Shown here: in pieces, positions 27,804-53,177 of the stretch
Numbering within the stretch: the stretch's first letter is position 1
Layout of the letters: every line of letters starts with the position of its first letter
Source: the human T2T-CHM13v2.0 reference genome, Homo sapiens
Strand: one strand, 5' to 3'
Length of the DNA stretch: 64,000 nucleotides
NCBI RefSeq assembly: GCF_009914755.1
Contig: NC_060935.1
The notes under the pieces: model-generated
Database searches by the model: none
What the model was told of the DNA's origin: nothing
Seen by the model: only the letters and a program-made list of their open reading frames with translations
Made by a program: the position numbers and the translations under genes

Positions 27804-28272
27804 ATCTATCTATCTATTCTATTGAGGGTCTTGCTGTGTCACCCAGGCTGGAGTACAGTGGCACCATCTTGGCTCACTGTAACTTCCACATCCCAGGTTC
27901 AAGTGATTCTCCTGCCTCTCAGCCTCCTGAGTAGCTGGGATTACAGGTGTGCACCACCATGACCCAGCTAATTTTTGTATTTTTAGTAGAGATGGGGTTT
28001 TGCTATGTTGGGCAGGCTGGTCTCAAACTCCTGGCCTCAAGTGATTCGCCCAGCTTGGCCTCCCAGAGTGCTTGGATTACAGGCATGAGCCACCGTGCCC
28101 AGCCTATTTAAGTTTAAATTAATTAAAATTAAATAAAATTTGCAATTAAATTCCTCAGTTACATTAGCCACATCTCAGGTGCCCAATAGCTACATGTGCA
28201 GATAGAGATAGTACAAATAGTACAGATAGGAACATTTCCGTTGTTGCGAAAATACGGTAGGACAGCGGTATG
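27659..28272. mobile_element. MER3/MER33-type hAT element interrupted by an antisense Alu (27820-28104) with a (GGCT)(GTCT)(ATCT)n tail
   Basis: gctgttcaatatggtagccact start; ttagccacat...caatagctacatgtg...ggacagc end. Confidence 0.72.
27691..27818. repeat. Compound tetranucleotide STR (GGCT)n(GTCT)n(ATCT)n
   Basis: Read directly. Confidence 0.95.
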
Positions 28273-28684
28273 CTAGTGAGTCTACATGAAATCTTCCTCC
28301 AGAGAAAATGCAGTTTTATGCTGGAAGGCAGATCAAGTAGGTAGATCATGTTATTCTAAGGGAGACCGGTCTGTTTCAGTTTGTCTTTGTTCTAGTAGTT
28401 CAGCCCTTTGTGGTTTTGCTTGAAAAGCCTGAGGCATCTGCCAAGGCCCCTCTTCCTTGGTAGGTTCTGAATTCCAGGTTTTGTTTTGCCGGCCCAGTGG
28501 GATGGCTGCAGGCTCTTGACTACTACTTTCTGTTCAGCCTCTATGCCTTACTTTGAATTGTTGACTACCTTAAGGATATATAAGGCTCACTTTAGTAAGT
28601 TTTCTCTTTACTCTGGGATTTTATTCTCTCAGGTCCTGGCTGTCTTGTCTGTTCTCTGATGACTTTGCGCATTGTTTTTTAAAT

Positions 28685-37143
<8,459 letters not shown>

Positions 37144-37235
37144 TCATACTTGTTCAGCTCTTATTGGTGATGTTTAACAACATTTTCTTTGTTTTCCTGA
37201 ATGAATGATGTATGCTATTAGCTTTTGTTGGTTGA

Positions 37236-39250
37236 TCAATTCATTGAACAAATAATGAAGTGTTTTATGTGTTGGGAATATAGCATTAAAAGAATTAAAG
37301 TTCTTGCCCCCATGGAATTTATGTTCTAGTGGGGGCAGAGAGGAAATAGATAATAAGCCAACATATTTATCAGTTAATGACAAGTGCTATAGAGAACAGT
37401 CAAGCAAGATAAAGGAAGAAAGGCAAGTGCCATGTGTTGGTGAGGGTTTACTCTTCTATTTAAGATGGTCAGGGAAGGCCTTTCTAGTAATATGACTGTT
37501 AAGCAGTAACACAAAGTAAGAGGAAGGGATCAAGTCTTGTATTCTCTCTGCCTGGAACTCTCTTCTCCCAGATATTTTTAAATGCAGAGGTCTTGAGGCA
37601 GGAACTATGGTTTGAAACAGTAAGGAGACTAATGTGGCTGGACCAGAGCAAGCAAGTGGGAGAATGGTAGGAAGTTTCAGATGTAGCTAAGGGCTGCCCC
37701 TTGTAGGCCATTGTGAGGAATTGAGATAGGAAGCTATCAGGGTTTTGAGGAGAAGAGTGACATGGTCTAATTTATGTATTAAATGGATCACTCAAGCTGC
37801 TAGATTGAGAATAGATGGCAGAGGGTAAGGACAGAAGCAAAGAAGAACAGGAAGCTCTTGTAATAACAGATGGAGGTGATGGGGGGTTGGATTAGAGTGG
37901 TAACAGTAAAGGTGGTTACATTGTGAGGAATTTGACTTTTACTGTGATAGGAAGCCAGCTGGGATTTTGAGGAGTGGAGTGACATGGTCTGATTTGTGTA
38001 CTAAATGGATCACTCAGACTGCTAGAATGAGAAGAGATGGTAGAGGATAAGGACAGAAGCAAGAATAGTTAGGAAGTTCTTGCAGTAATCCAGATGAGAG
38101 GTGATGGTGGTTTGGATCAGGATGGTAGCAGTAAAGGTAGTTACATTCTGTTAATAGATACACCATATTTTGAAGATAGAGTCAATGGAATTTGCTGATG
38201 TGGGAAGTGAGAAAAAGAGGAGTTAAATTTGATTCTCACAGGTTGTGGGCCTGAGAAACTGAAAGGACAGAATTGTCGTTTACTGACATGGGTAGGACTG
38301 TGAGAGAAGTGAGTTTGGGGGAATCAGGAGTTTTTCTGAACACATTCAGTTTGAGATGCCTAATAAACATTCAAAAAGAAGTGCTGAGCAGACAATTGGA
38401 TTCACAAGTCTGGAGTTAAAAGAGAGAGGTCTGAGTTGGAGATGTACGTTTGGGAGTCTTAAGAATAGAGGTGCTTATGTAAAAACATGTGACAGGATGA
38501 GATCATGTAAGGGAGGTTAGTGCACATAGAGAGGATAGATTCCTAAAGACTGAGCCTTCAGATACCCCAAAGTTTAAACGTTGGGAAAATGAAACGGAAC
38601 TAGTGAAGCAATCTGAAAAGGGTGTGCTAGTGAGATAAGGAGGAGAACGAAGAGTTCTGGTGCCCTGGAATTCAAGTGCAGGTAGATTAATAATCAGCTG
38701 TGTTAAATACTGCAAGTCAAGTAGATTGAGGACGTAGCGAATGCAGTGGTTTAGTGACCTTGATAAGAGCTATCTGGGTGGAATGATAGGGTAATGAAAG
38801 CCTTTTTGAATGAGTTCAAGATGGGGGTGGAGTTGGAGGCAGCTTGTATAAACAGTGCTTTCAAGAAGGATTGGTGTAAAATGGGAACAGAAAAAGGGGT
38901 GATGGCTGAAGGAGGATATATAATCAAGAGTTTTTTTATTCTCCTTTATTTTTCCAAGATGGAGATCTAGAATTGTCCTATAGAGAAAGAGATATTGGTA
39001 ATGAGGGTGGGAAATTGGAGTGATGTACTTCAGTAGGTGAGCATGGATGTCTTAGATAGAAGCATTACACTGACAGCTGCAAGTGGTCTAGTAGATGTGG
39101 TAAGAATGTGGAAGCTGTCTTTCAAATTACATCTATTTATTTTAGTAAAGTAGAATACAAGGACAACAGTGAGGATGAGGAGGAGGTGGATGTTTGAAAA
39201 GAGGAAGTGTGAAGTAGGACAGTGAGTATGAATAGTTCACAGGAATGTAT
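37236..39250 (-). mobile_element. Long L2 (LINE-2) remnant
   Basis: Antisense L2 3' end (attcattgaacaaat...catggaatttatgttctagtggg), then purine-rich L2 ORF2 antisense motifs (gagtgacatggtct, tttgagatgcct, aagtctggagtt). Confidence 0.8.
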
Positions 39251-39447
39251 ATACTGCTTTACATTTCACACACATTCTTTTACTTAGTCCTTTAGATAAT
39301 CTTCTGAGTGTGTAAGGTTAGTAAAACCCTGTTTTAAAAATGAAAATACTAAGGCTTAGGTAAATTACTCGCTATTAGGGGGAGAGCTGTGTATCTACTC
39401 CTGAGTATTTGAAATCTAGCTCTATTTAGGTGATTTTTATTATGTGA

Positions 39448-41180
<1,733 letters not shown>

Positions 41181-42029
41181 AAAATGAAAATTGTTTTTCA
41201 ACTTAACCACTTTAACATAAGTTTTATATCAGTGCTTCAAGATTTTAGAGTAAAAGGATTGATAAATTCAACTAAAAGCACATGGCAAAAAATTAAAAAG
41301 GAAAAGAAATGGCATTTCAGATGTAGATTGGCTTTATCACATGCCCTAAACTGTTGTGTTTATGGTTTTCACACTTACCTTCTAACTGTGAGTTATTATT
41401 TATAGAGTGGGAGAAACAGGTTTAGTTGTATTCTCCATTCAACTGGCATGTTTAATTTGCGCCTTGACTGTTCTACAAAAGTACAAATGATGTCTATTCT
41501 CTGCAATATCCTTAGCACTGCCACATACACATGCCCAGAGGATAAGAGTTAAAGTAGAGGAAAAAAGTGGAAGAACTTTCTGTAGGAGTAGGACAGAAGA
41601 TTTCTGTGAGTGGTCCATTAGTCAGAATTCTTGCTATGGTCTTTTCCATACATAAGTATATTTAGCCCATGGGAGGAATTTGAGAGCCAATTAAGATGAA
41701 ACCAGTAAACTAAGCTTTATTCACTACTGACAGACGGATGTATTCTTTCAATGCATGGTTTATTTTTTAAAGTGTATTGTGTTGTAAACTGGCTGGTAGA
41801 ACTGTCATGTCTCTGGCAGTTTCATCTAGATTTTAAGTGCTTTCAGGCATTGCTTCCCAACTTTCCTCATGCTATGGTATGATATACATAGAAAATGCAT
41901 GGCATGCTACGGTTAACTGGGGAGGATTTGGTCTTGTTTGTAGGGGACTTAGTGAAGAAATTTACTGCATTTTCTCTATGATAGATAACGTATTGTGAAA
42001 TGAAATGCGGAAGCTTTTGGGAAGCTAGT

Positions 42030-42481
42030 TGTGGCAGCTGTGAAAGTGTGCCACTCAGAATCCCCTTCAAGAGAGTCCCCTGTGTAGAGCAGCTGGCTGA
42101 GAGCCTCCAGCTGCTGCACCTTCAGATGTGCTGCAGTGCTCAGGCTGAGGCCATACTTCCTTTGGGCCCCTTCCCACCAATGACCAGGCACAGTGTGGGG
42201 CACTAGAGTTGGGCTATTCTTGCTTGATGGGAGGCTCCTCATACAGATAATGTTTGCTTAGGGACTTGGTATTGGCCTATCCGAGACTTTCTCATAACTG
42301 CACTGCTGTGGGAGGTTCTTTGTACCTAACTACTCCTTTGCCTCTCTTCTTCCACCCTCAGACCCTGCTCAAGTTTCTCCTCACCTCCTTCTGCTTCCTC
42401 TGCCTGTATGCTGCCCAGGCATCTTCCCCAGCAAATTTCTGGTGTATCTAATTTGCTTCTCAGAGGATCTGAACTAATGCA
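42030..42481 (+). mobile_element. ERVL solo LTR (LTR33-like)
   Basis: Starts tgtggcagc...ctcagaatccccttcaag and ends ttctcagaggatctgaactaatgca; GC-richer island. Confidence 0.6.
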
Positions 42482-43727
42482 ATAATAGATAGTGAACTTG
42501 TATAAAACTCCCAGTTAAAACTCTTTTGTATTTTAAAATGGGAAACTTGAATTTGCTTCTGTGAGTGTAACTTTTGTATCTCAGGTTTTATGTTTGAGTG
42601 GCTATGTGCAATTCCTGATCAAGATTTTGTAAAGATGACTCTGTATTCTTGTTGTCACCATCAGTTAGAAACTTGACTTATTCATTAAATGGTAGCACAT
42701 GGCAGAAGGAATTTGTTGCTCTTTGTCTGACAGAAACTCTTTTCTTACTGTTAACAGAATTAAAATGATTTCAGTCTCTTTAAGTGGTATATCTTAGGTG
42801 CTGTTATTGTTACTTTCCTTTATTGCCAAATGCGATACTGAAAAGTTCTACACCGAAAAATTTCAAATCCTATGAAGAATTTTCCATATTAAATATTTCA
42901 AAATAATCATAAAACTTTTATACACACAGTAATAGGCCTATCATTAGTCTTACTGATTTTTGTTTTGCATTCAGATTAGTATATGGTTAACATTGGTAGT
43001 GAATCTCATTTCCACGCCGTACTTTCAAAACTGCATTTTTGCTTTGAATCTTTTTTAGTATAGGTTAATATATGCTCTTTATAAACTCTTGTGCCCCGTT
43101 CTCTTTCTTTCTGCCTAGACTTCTGTATTTGAAGGCCTAGTCCAAAACCAGACCGTACTCTGATACTTTTCTTTGTGTGACTCAACCTGTGTTGAAATGA
43201 TTTATTTGAGAAATGTTTACTGAATGCATATTCTTTACAAGGTTCTAGGTACACAAATAATGAACAAAAAGGGATAAGGTCTCCATCTTTGATAGCTTTT
43301 TTTGGTACAATATTGTGAATATATAGGATTAATAACAGTGCAGCTTCCTTTTTTTATCTTTCTACAACACGTTTTAGCATTTGATTATACCTAAATATAA
43401 TTAATGTGTATACATCCATACACACACTTGAATATTTTGTCAAAAGAATGAAAACTTCTTATAACCATGTTTTGAAGATCTTTTATACCTCATAGAATCT
43501 CCCCGTGGCTCTTGTTTTCAACAAATGCCTGTGGATTGGTTAAGGTTCTACTGAATCTTAAGTATTATTTACAGCAGAGATGGGGCCAGGAGTAGAATAT
43601 TCACTGGACAGATCCCAAGTCTGTAGTAGAAAACAGCTTGTTCATTATCCTCTGAATTTCCTTTGCCAGAAGAGTTGTAGGGAAGAAATGGGGTGGTCCT
43701 CCCATTGGTCTAACTTCTTGAGTGTAA

Positions 43728-43870
43728 GGCTTTGGTTCTCAACTTTGGCTATATGTTGAAGCCACTCTTGATTCCTAAGTCTAATCCCCAGGGTTTCTGA
43801 TTTAATTGGTGTAGGGTGTGGCCAGGACCAAATAATTGTAATGTGTAGCCAAGATTGAGAACCACTGCCT
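43728..43870. mobile_element. MER5-type hAT MITE
   Basis: Inverted ends ggttctcaactttggct...agccaagattgagaacc; internal ttctgatttaattggt. Confidence 0.72.
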
Positions 43871-44158
43871 TAGGAGATGACAACCCCCAGTCTCAGTTAA
43901 GAAATTAGCAGGCTTATTTTGCTTAACTCTAGGTAATATACGTACTGAGAAGGTCTGGGAACCATCCCAATAGTAATGAGGATCCATAGCTCCCTGATCT
44001 TTGTTTCAAAGGTCTATTCTATACGAAAAGATACCAGAGATCCTCAGAGAAATAGCTGTTTTTAGGACTGGAGCAGGGAAAGAACAAGATGTGCCTGGAA
44101 TATCTTGCTGTGTCAGAAAGCAAAGAAATAATCAGAGATTATTGTCAGAAGAACATAA

Positions 44159-44356
<198 letters not shown>

Positions 44357-44359
44357 TAA

Positions 44360-44512
<153 letters not shown>

Positions 44513-44519
44513 TGAGAAT

Positions 44520-45255
44520 CAAAATAAGTAATTATAGTCATGGATTATAACTCATTGAACAAAGTAGGAATCCTTTAATCTGTACTCATACAGGTAAATA
44601 AATGAAAAAAATGAAAGTTTGATAAGAAATGGATTATTTATATAGTTTCAATTTGAGATCCCACAAAATACTTAATTAGAAAGAGAAAAGTAGGAACTTA
44701 GTAGTAGAGAAATATAGCAGACATCATGTGATCAAAGTAAAAATTATTAGTAATGGAACATATCAGAATTGCATGCCTAATAAGATACAATGAGAAAACA
44801 TGATCACTTCTGTGATGTTCCTCTGAATCTAATTATGAGGAAACATCAGACAAACCCACACTGAGGGACGTTTCTTCAAATATCTGTCCTGTAATATGTT
44901 ATACAAAGGTCATGGAAATCTAGACAAAACTTAGGAATTATTCCATATTGAAAAAGACTGAAAGAGATAGGACAACTAGATGCAATGCATGATCCTGAGT
45001 TGGATCCTTTTGCCAAAAAGGACGGTATTAGTATAATTGGCCAAACTTAAATGGAGTCTGAAGCTTAGAAGGTGGAGATGTATCAGAGTTCATTTCTTGA
45101 TTTTGATGATTGTATTGTGGTTATGTAGGAGAATATTCTTCTTTGTAGGAACTATAAAGTATACAGATATTTGGCAAGTTATTCTCGGGTGATTTAAGGA
45201 AAAAATATGTACTGTTCTTGCAACTTCTCTGTAAGATTGAGATTGTTTTAAAATT
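44520..45255 (+). mobile_element. L1MC/L1ME 3' fragment (a similar fragment lies at about 30600-31170)
   Basis: aatctaattatgaggaaacatcagacaaaccc...gtactgttcttgcaactt motifs. Confidence 0.65.
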
Positions 45256-45990
45256 AAACACATGCACACTAATCTAGGATAACTGTGATCCATATGACTT
45301 CTTTGGAATTACACAGCTGTACATGGAGTCTGTCTTAGAACATGAATCTTCTCAAGGGAAATCCATATGAAGGTGCAACATAATTTATCTAGGAATAATA
45401 TGTTTCTTGGAGTACATTTCCCAAATGACCAAACACTTTTAAGTGCTGAAATGCTTTTTAACTATGTTGTTATATGCTGTATACTTGTCTGCCTTTTAAG
45501 ACAGAATACACTGAATTTAGTTTAATCTCTTGGATGACTAATGGCTCCAATTAGGTAAATATTTATTACTGTATTCTGAAGTAATATCTAGGTCTAGATT
45601 CACTTTTAGCCTTTGAGGATTTTGCTTTGTTTTTGTTTTCTCTCTCAATGTCTGGTTTTCAGTTCTGCTGATGTCATAGTATGTATTTAATAGTTTGCCA
45701 GTTCTCTTCCTATTGTGTTATTTCTGATCTGCTGTAGTCTTAAAAACAAGATGTATGTTTTTCCTTTTTCAAAAAATGTTATGTTAGTAAAACTATAAGG
45801 GAAAAGGATTACAGTGGAAGAGACTTTATTATAGAAATGTTGTACTCATAGTACCCCTTTCAGATTAATTCAGGATTATGTCTAGGTTTCAAAGAGTTCT
45901 GAAATAGTGAAGAGTTCCTATACATAGAATGTGATACCTCTGTCATTTTACCAACTTCCTAGAATGCCAGTTGAAATTAGGTAATTTTAG

Positions 45991-46200
<210 letters not shown>

Positions 46201-47733
46201 TAATAACAGACTTACAGGAACACATGGCTGCAGGTGTACAATACACTGGAAAGTCTTTTTAACATAAAGTGGCAGAATCTGGGATCTTGTAGAATTGATT
46301 TTGAAAACTGTTTTATAATGCTGAAGTAAGTTTTCATAAAGTTACAGCCTATAGAATCTCAAAACCAGTTTTGTAAAATTATTGGGAAAATTTTATACTG
46401 TAAACATATAAAAGGTTGGATTGTGTGTCCATTTAATTAATTGTGCTTTGCTTGGGTGACAAACTTTGATGTGTGAAACGTCAGCCCCTCCCAAGGCATA
46501 AAAGCTCCTAAAAGGCGTTATAACTTTTGGTCTTAAACCAACTGCCATTATTGGTGTTTTAAATACCTCAGTAACTTGAACTCTTCTCAGTCTTTTTAGC
46601 TGTTTTGAGTGGTGCTGAAATTCTCTTTTAGCACTGTTTAATGATTCTCGGTAGAATTCAGCAAATTACCTTATTAAGCACACTTTTCATGGTAGTTTTC
46701 AGGTATATTCATTAGCCTTTCTGTACTATTAAACAGTGTTGTGTGCTAGTAGTCTTAAATATTAATACCAAGATTATTTTTTGGAGAAACTGCCATCTTA
46801 TTTATTATTCTTTGAGTATCTTTGAGATAATGTACTCAACTCATTCTAATAGAAAATGCTAGTCAAAATCAACAAAGTAGTTACATTAATTTTGTCATTC
46901 TGATTAGTGAATATTTTTATTTAGATGATATTTAACTTTCAAGCAAGAAAAAATAGAAAATAGAAGAATTTAAAGCACCTATTACATAATCATGATTATA
47001 GCCTTGTATTTTAGGGCTATTTTCTCTATCAAGAGGAAAAAGAGAGGTAATTAATTTAGGTGACTTAAATGTTCCTGAGATGACTCTGTCATTTAATACT
47101 GATTATTAGATTAGATGTTATCATTGACTTTAATCTCTTGTCATCATCCATGAACCTTCCCTTTTAGGTTAGGTTTTCCATATTCTCTACCTTCCCTCCT
47201 CCATGTTCAGAATTCCACTGGGTTTCTGTAAAATTTTCCATACATCCTGTCTTCTTTCAGCTTTCTACCCAATTACTAGCTTTGATACAGATGCAAGACT
47301 ACCGTCAGTTCTGAACGAGTTAGTAATTGAATCAGAGTCCCATAATCCTTTAGCTGTTGGAATACTGAGGCACCAGTAAAATGCTAGAAATACACCCTTG
47401 GCTTTGTAGATTAGCCTATGGCATGCATACCGCCCTGGAGCAGGACACCCTCTAGTGGCAATTTCAAGTTGATTTGTTATTATACTCGATTAGGACTTCA
47501 CAGTTCATCTTGGACAACTGATATTAGTATTGAAAAGGACCCCAGAGATTACCCAGTAACTGCCCCCTTTTCATTTTATAAAGGAGAAAACTGAGGCCCA
47601 GAAAAATGAATTCACTTGTCAAAAGTCACAATAGTAATTTTAAAGACAAAGCCTTGACCAAAACTCAGTTTTTCTAAATTTTATAATGAATGTTTGTTTT
47701 TTTTAAACTAAACTTGGAACAGGTATTATCTGA

Positions 47734-48129
<396 letters not shown>

Positions 48130-48456
48130 TGAGCCACTGTGCCCCGCCCACAGTTCAATGTTTTAAAATATTTTACAAAATACATGAATGCAAAGCAAAT
48201 AAATTGTAGTGATTTTGTGGGCGTCTTTGTTTTGGCCCTAATCTGGGACTTTAAGCTCATTTTCAAGCATGGTATTTGTTATAAAGGCTTTGATAAATTT
48301 TGATAATTTTTTTTTTTTTCCCTATCAGTCTTAACTTGGTTTAGGACTTTCAAGTGCTTTTTTTTTTGCACTTGTTAAAATGTTCACATATGTTTTTCTT
48401 TTTTCTTTTTCTTTTTCTTTTTTGAGACAGGGTCTCACTCTGTCGCCCAGGCCTGA

Positions 48457-48783
<327 letters not shown>

Positions 48784-49987
48784 TGATCACCTAATGTTAG
48801 GATGTGAAAGGGCCACCAGTAGGGTATGTCTCTCTCTATTATCTGTTCCTTATTCCAGTAATCAGCTGCCTAGATATACTTGGACACCCCAACTGGGGAG
48901 TTGGTATTTTTTTTAGACAGGGTCTCAGTCTGTCATCTAGGCTGGAATGCAGTGGCATGATCATAGCTCACTGCAGTCTTGAACTACTGGGCTCGAGGAA
49001 TCCTCCTACCTCAGGCTGTGCCCAGTAGCTGGGGATACAGGTGTGCACCAGCATGCCTGACTCATTTTTAATTTTTTGTAGAGATGGGGTCTCTTTCTCT
49101 ATGTTGCCCAAGCTGGTCTCAAAGTCCTGGGCTTAAGCCATCCTCCCGCCTGGACCTCCAGACATGCTGGGATTACAGGTGTGAGCCACTGCACCTGGCC
49201 TGGCAGTTTTTTTCTAATTATTATTTTTTGCCTTACAGTGGCAGTGCAGTGGGCAATAGTAATATTAACTAATTAATGCTTACTGAGCTCTTTTATGTAC
49301 TAGGAACTGCTGTTAACACTTTATATTAACTCATTTAATGCTCGTAACAACCCTATGAAGTACACACTACTGTTGCCTCCATTTTATAGATGTAAACTAA
49401 AGAGTTCTTAACAGTATATCATATTCTTCTTTAGAGACAGAGTCTTTCTCTGTTGCCCTGGATGGAGTGCAGTGGCAGGATCATGGTTTACTGCAAACTT
49501 GAACTCGTGGGCTCAAGTGGTCCTCCTGCCTAGGCCTCCCAAAGTGTTGCAATAACAGGCACGAGCCACCGCGCCTGGCCAAATTATTATATTTTTAAAA
49601 GCCAAATTTGAGTCAGCAGGAAAAATATTCAAAGTATTTTAATTCTTCATTATAGGGTTTGTGTTCTAGCCCTTTAATCATATTTATCATGTCTTAAAAC
49701 CTTTCCAATGCCATTTTCTCTTTGGATTTTAGATTCTGTAAGTAGACACTGACCGTGTTGAAAATTTATAATTTCATATTTTCTTGTATGTGCATTTTAT
49801 TTCCGTTTATATAGACATCTATATTTAGTGTGTGTGGTTAGGGAAGATCCTACCCACCAATTGTTACAGTGCGTGAATCCCTTCCTGTCTTGATTGTAGA
49901 TAAACTGTCTTATTAGTGTTCTATTTACAGGACTTATATTTACTAGGGACATATCAAAAGTATTCTAGGGAATTAAGGACTATTTTA

Positions 49988-50035
49988 TGGATGGATGGAT
50001 GGTTGAATGGATGAATGGATGGATAGACGGATGGA
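49988..50035. repeat. (GGAT)n-type degenerate STR
   Basis: Read directly. Confidence 0.85.
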
Positions 50036-50293
50036 CAATAGTTGGTAAATGTTCATTATTTCTCCAAAATGTTTGTTGGAGTTTAGATAGAATGTTATCC
50101 AGAACAACTAAGAGTCTGACTTTATATTCAAATTATATTTGGTAATTTCAAGTCTTATGTAAGAAAAATAAAGTTCACTATTTCAACTGCAGAGAAAATA
50201 AATCTTTCAAGATTTCTATTTTTGTCAGGCTATTTAGCAAAGAGACCCACACAAGCTGGCCCAAATAAGGGGACATTTATTTATATGTGTGGA

Positions 50294-50683
50294 TGTATTA
50301 GGCCATTTGCATTGCTATAAAGGAATACCTGAGTAATTTATAAAGAAAAGAGATTTAATTGGCTCACAGTTCTGCAGGCTGTACAAGCAGCGCTCCAGCA
50401 TGTGCTTCTGGTGAGGGTCTTAGGTAGCTTACAATCATGGCAGAAGGGAAGGGGAGCAGGCGTTTCACATGGTGAGAATAGGAGCAAGAGATGGGGGAGA
50501 TGGGTACTACACACCTTGAAACAACCAGATCTTGAGAGAACTCACTGTTGGGGGGACAGCACCAAGCCATTCATGAGGTATCGGCCCCTATTACCCAAAC
50601 ACCTCCCACCAGGCCCTACCTCCAACACTGGGGATTATATTTCAACATGAGATTTGGAGGGGACAAACATTCAAACTATATCA
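50294..50683 (-). mobile_element. MST (ERVL-MaLR) solo LTR
   Basis: TG...CA ends, perfect 5-bp TSD GTGGA, and MST motifs (aaagaaaagag.tttaattggctcacagttctgcagg; tttcaacatgagatttggaggggacaaa). Confidence 0.9.
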
Positions 50684-52068
50684 GTGGACTATCACAAGGA
50701 TCTAAGAATGGAACTATAATATGACTGGGATTTGTGAAGTATGGAATTGAAGGTGCTTTTCAAAGTAAGGCGACACGAGAGGAATTAACAGATGTTGGTA
50801 GAACTTCACTGGTACTGGACCATCAGTGTGACTTGGCTGTTCTTCAAGTGCCTTTGTCTATTCTGATCTGAGTTTCTGCTCACCTTACCTTTGATTAGGT
50901 TTCATGACCATAAAACTCCGGCTCTACCTAATAACCCTTTAGCTCATCCCCCAAGAGTCATTGGTATTTCTTAGTTCACATTTCTGACATAGTTAATCTG
51001 ATTGACTTAGTTTTTTTCTAGTTGAGTTCATGAGGCCAGTTTAGAATTATGTGTCAGATTCCCATTCTTCATCCACTGGAGATGGAGGAAGGCAAATATA
51101 TTTATATATTAGGGGTTCTAGATGGAACATTTTTCTCTTCAAAAGACTGGGCAGACAGTATGACAAGTAATAAACTCAGATTTTCACTGGCCACTTTTGT
51201 TTGTTTGTTTGTTTTTTGTTTTACAGAGCCATCTCAACTCCTGAGGTACATTAATTGCTCTATTCTCTTTGCTTTTTTAGCACTTTGTTTTCTTCTTCAC
51301 AATGGCTTACTAGCTTAATTGCAGATTATATGCTTAAATATTTTTCTGTTCTACTGAATTGTGCTTTTGAAGATTGGCACCATATTTATCTACATGTCTT
51401 TAGCATCTAGCAAATAATAGATGCTCTGTTTGTTGAAATTGAATTGTTGATGGCTTTTCTGTCTGATGCAGCATCTAGGCACCAAACTCTTAGTACTTTT
51501 TCCTTCCATTTTTCTGTTTCCTTAAAATAAGGAAGTTAGCTACTTAGTGGGTGGGAGGTGGGGAGAAAGAACAGCACTTTAACGAAATGAAGCCAGTTTG
51601 TAATGTGGAAGTTTTCGTTGTCATTTTATATAAAATTGGGGATACAAATGTGGATAAAACAGACTGTTATTGGAAGGCACACAATCTAGTAGGGAAAACA
51701 GACATGTAAAAAATTGTAATATAGTTATAATAATTATAAATGCATGTTCTAGGTGTGATGATAGCACAGAGTAGAGTAATTACCTCTGCTTGGCATCGTC
51801 AGGGATGGCTTTATAGAGGAGAAGATTCTTGAGCTGAGTCTTGAAGAAGGAATAGTAGAAGTTTGTCTTGTGGATTTGGTGAAAGGGGGAATATGTATGT
51901 TGGATAAGTAGAAGTTCGAGAACAATATAGGAAAGAGAAACTGGCCCATGTGGTTCGACATGGTGCCAGTTGGTGCCGAAGTACCAGGAGAATATAAAAG
52001 GGCAGGGAATATATATAGTTGGAGGGCCTGTTTGCTAGGGTTAGAGGTCTGGAATTGATCCTCTAGGT

Positions 52069-52279
52069 CAGGGGTGTCTAGCCTTTTGGCTTCCCTGGGC
52101 CACATTGGAAGAAGAAAAATTGTCTTGGGCCACACATAAAATACACTAAAATTAATGATAGCTGATGAGCTTTAAAAAAAAAAATCACAAAAAAATCTCA
52201 TAATGTCTTAAGAAAGTTTACAAATTTGTATTGGACCTCATGCAGCCCCTGGGCCGGGACTTCTGGTTGGACAAGCTTG
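52069..52279. mobile_element. MER30 (hAT-Charlie MITE)
   Basis: caggggtgtc...ttttggcttccctgggccacattggaagaaga...ggacaagcttg; 8-bp TSD ctctagg(t/c). Confidence 0.9.
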
Positions 52280-53177
52280 CTCTAGGCAGTAAAGGGTTAT
52301 TAAGTAATTTTACACAAGTGACTAACAGATGCACATTTTGCCAGAATGTTTGGCAGTAGTGTGAATAATGAATTGGGCGTGAGCGGCTAAGGACATTAGG
52401 AGAGACTGGAGGCAGGTAGAATAATCAGGAGGCTTGTGAAATTGTATAACTCAGAATTGAAGAGGATCTGAGGTAGGGATGGAGAGGAGGGGACAGTTGT
52501 GAAAAATGTTAATGAAGTAAAATTGTTAGGCTTTTGGATATTGGGGGAGCATGATGAGGAAGAGGTACAGGGCATCAATTTCAGGTTTCTGATTTGAGTG
52601 GATGGTGTTGCTATTAACCATAGGAGGAAAATACATTAGGATTAGCAGATCTGGGGGCAAATCAGTTTAGGATATATTCAGTTGGAGATATAGAGTCCAG
52701 CCAGGTTGAAAGTTTCAATAAGCGGTTGGGCCTGGAGCTCCAGAGCTAGAGCCAAAGATTGAGGCGCAGATTTAGAGATAAAATTGTGGGCACTTAGGAC
52801 TTGTAGAGGGAAAAAAGAAAGACAAGACTCTGGAAAGCAGTGTCATATAAAGAACAAACAGAGGAACAGAGTTAAAGACTGTCAGGAAGTAGAAGAGACC
52901 CAGAAAAGCATGGCGTCGTGGAAATTGAGCGATTTTTATGTAAAATGGTAGTAGCCATTAGTATCAAAGTAAAATAAGGATTTATATGTGATTATTAAAC
53001 ATGTCTGTTACTAACAGGCCATTACTTATCTTAATACCATATCATGAGGGTGATGAGACTAAAATTCAGATTGCAGTGTGTTGAGGTGTGAATGGGAAGT
53101 GAAATAATATAGGCTACTATTTTAAGGGTAAGACGAGAGAGTTAAGTAGTTAAGGGAGGTTTACTTTTTTTTTTTAG

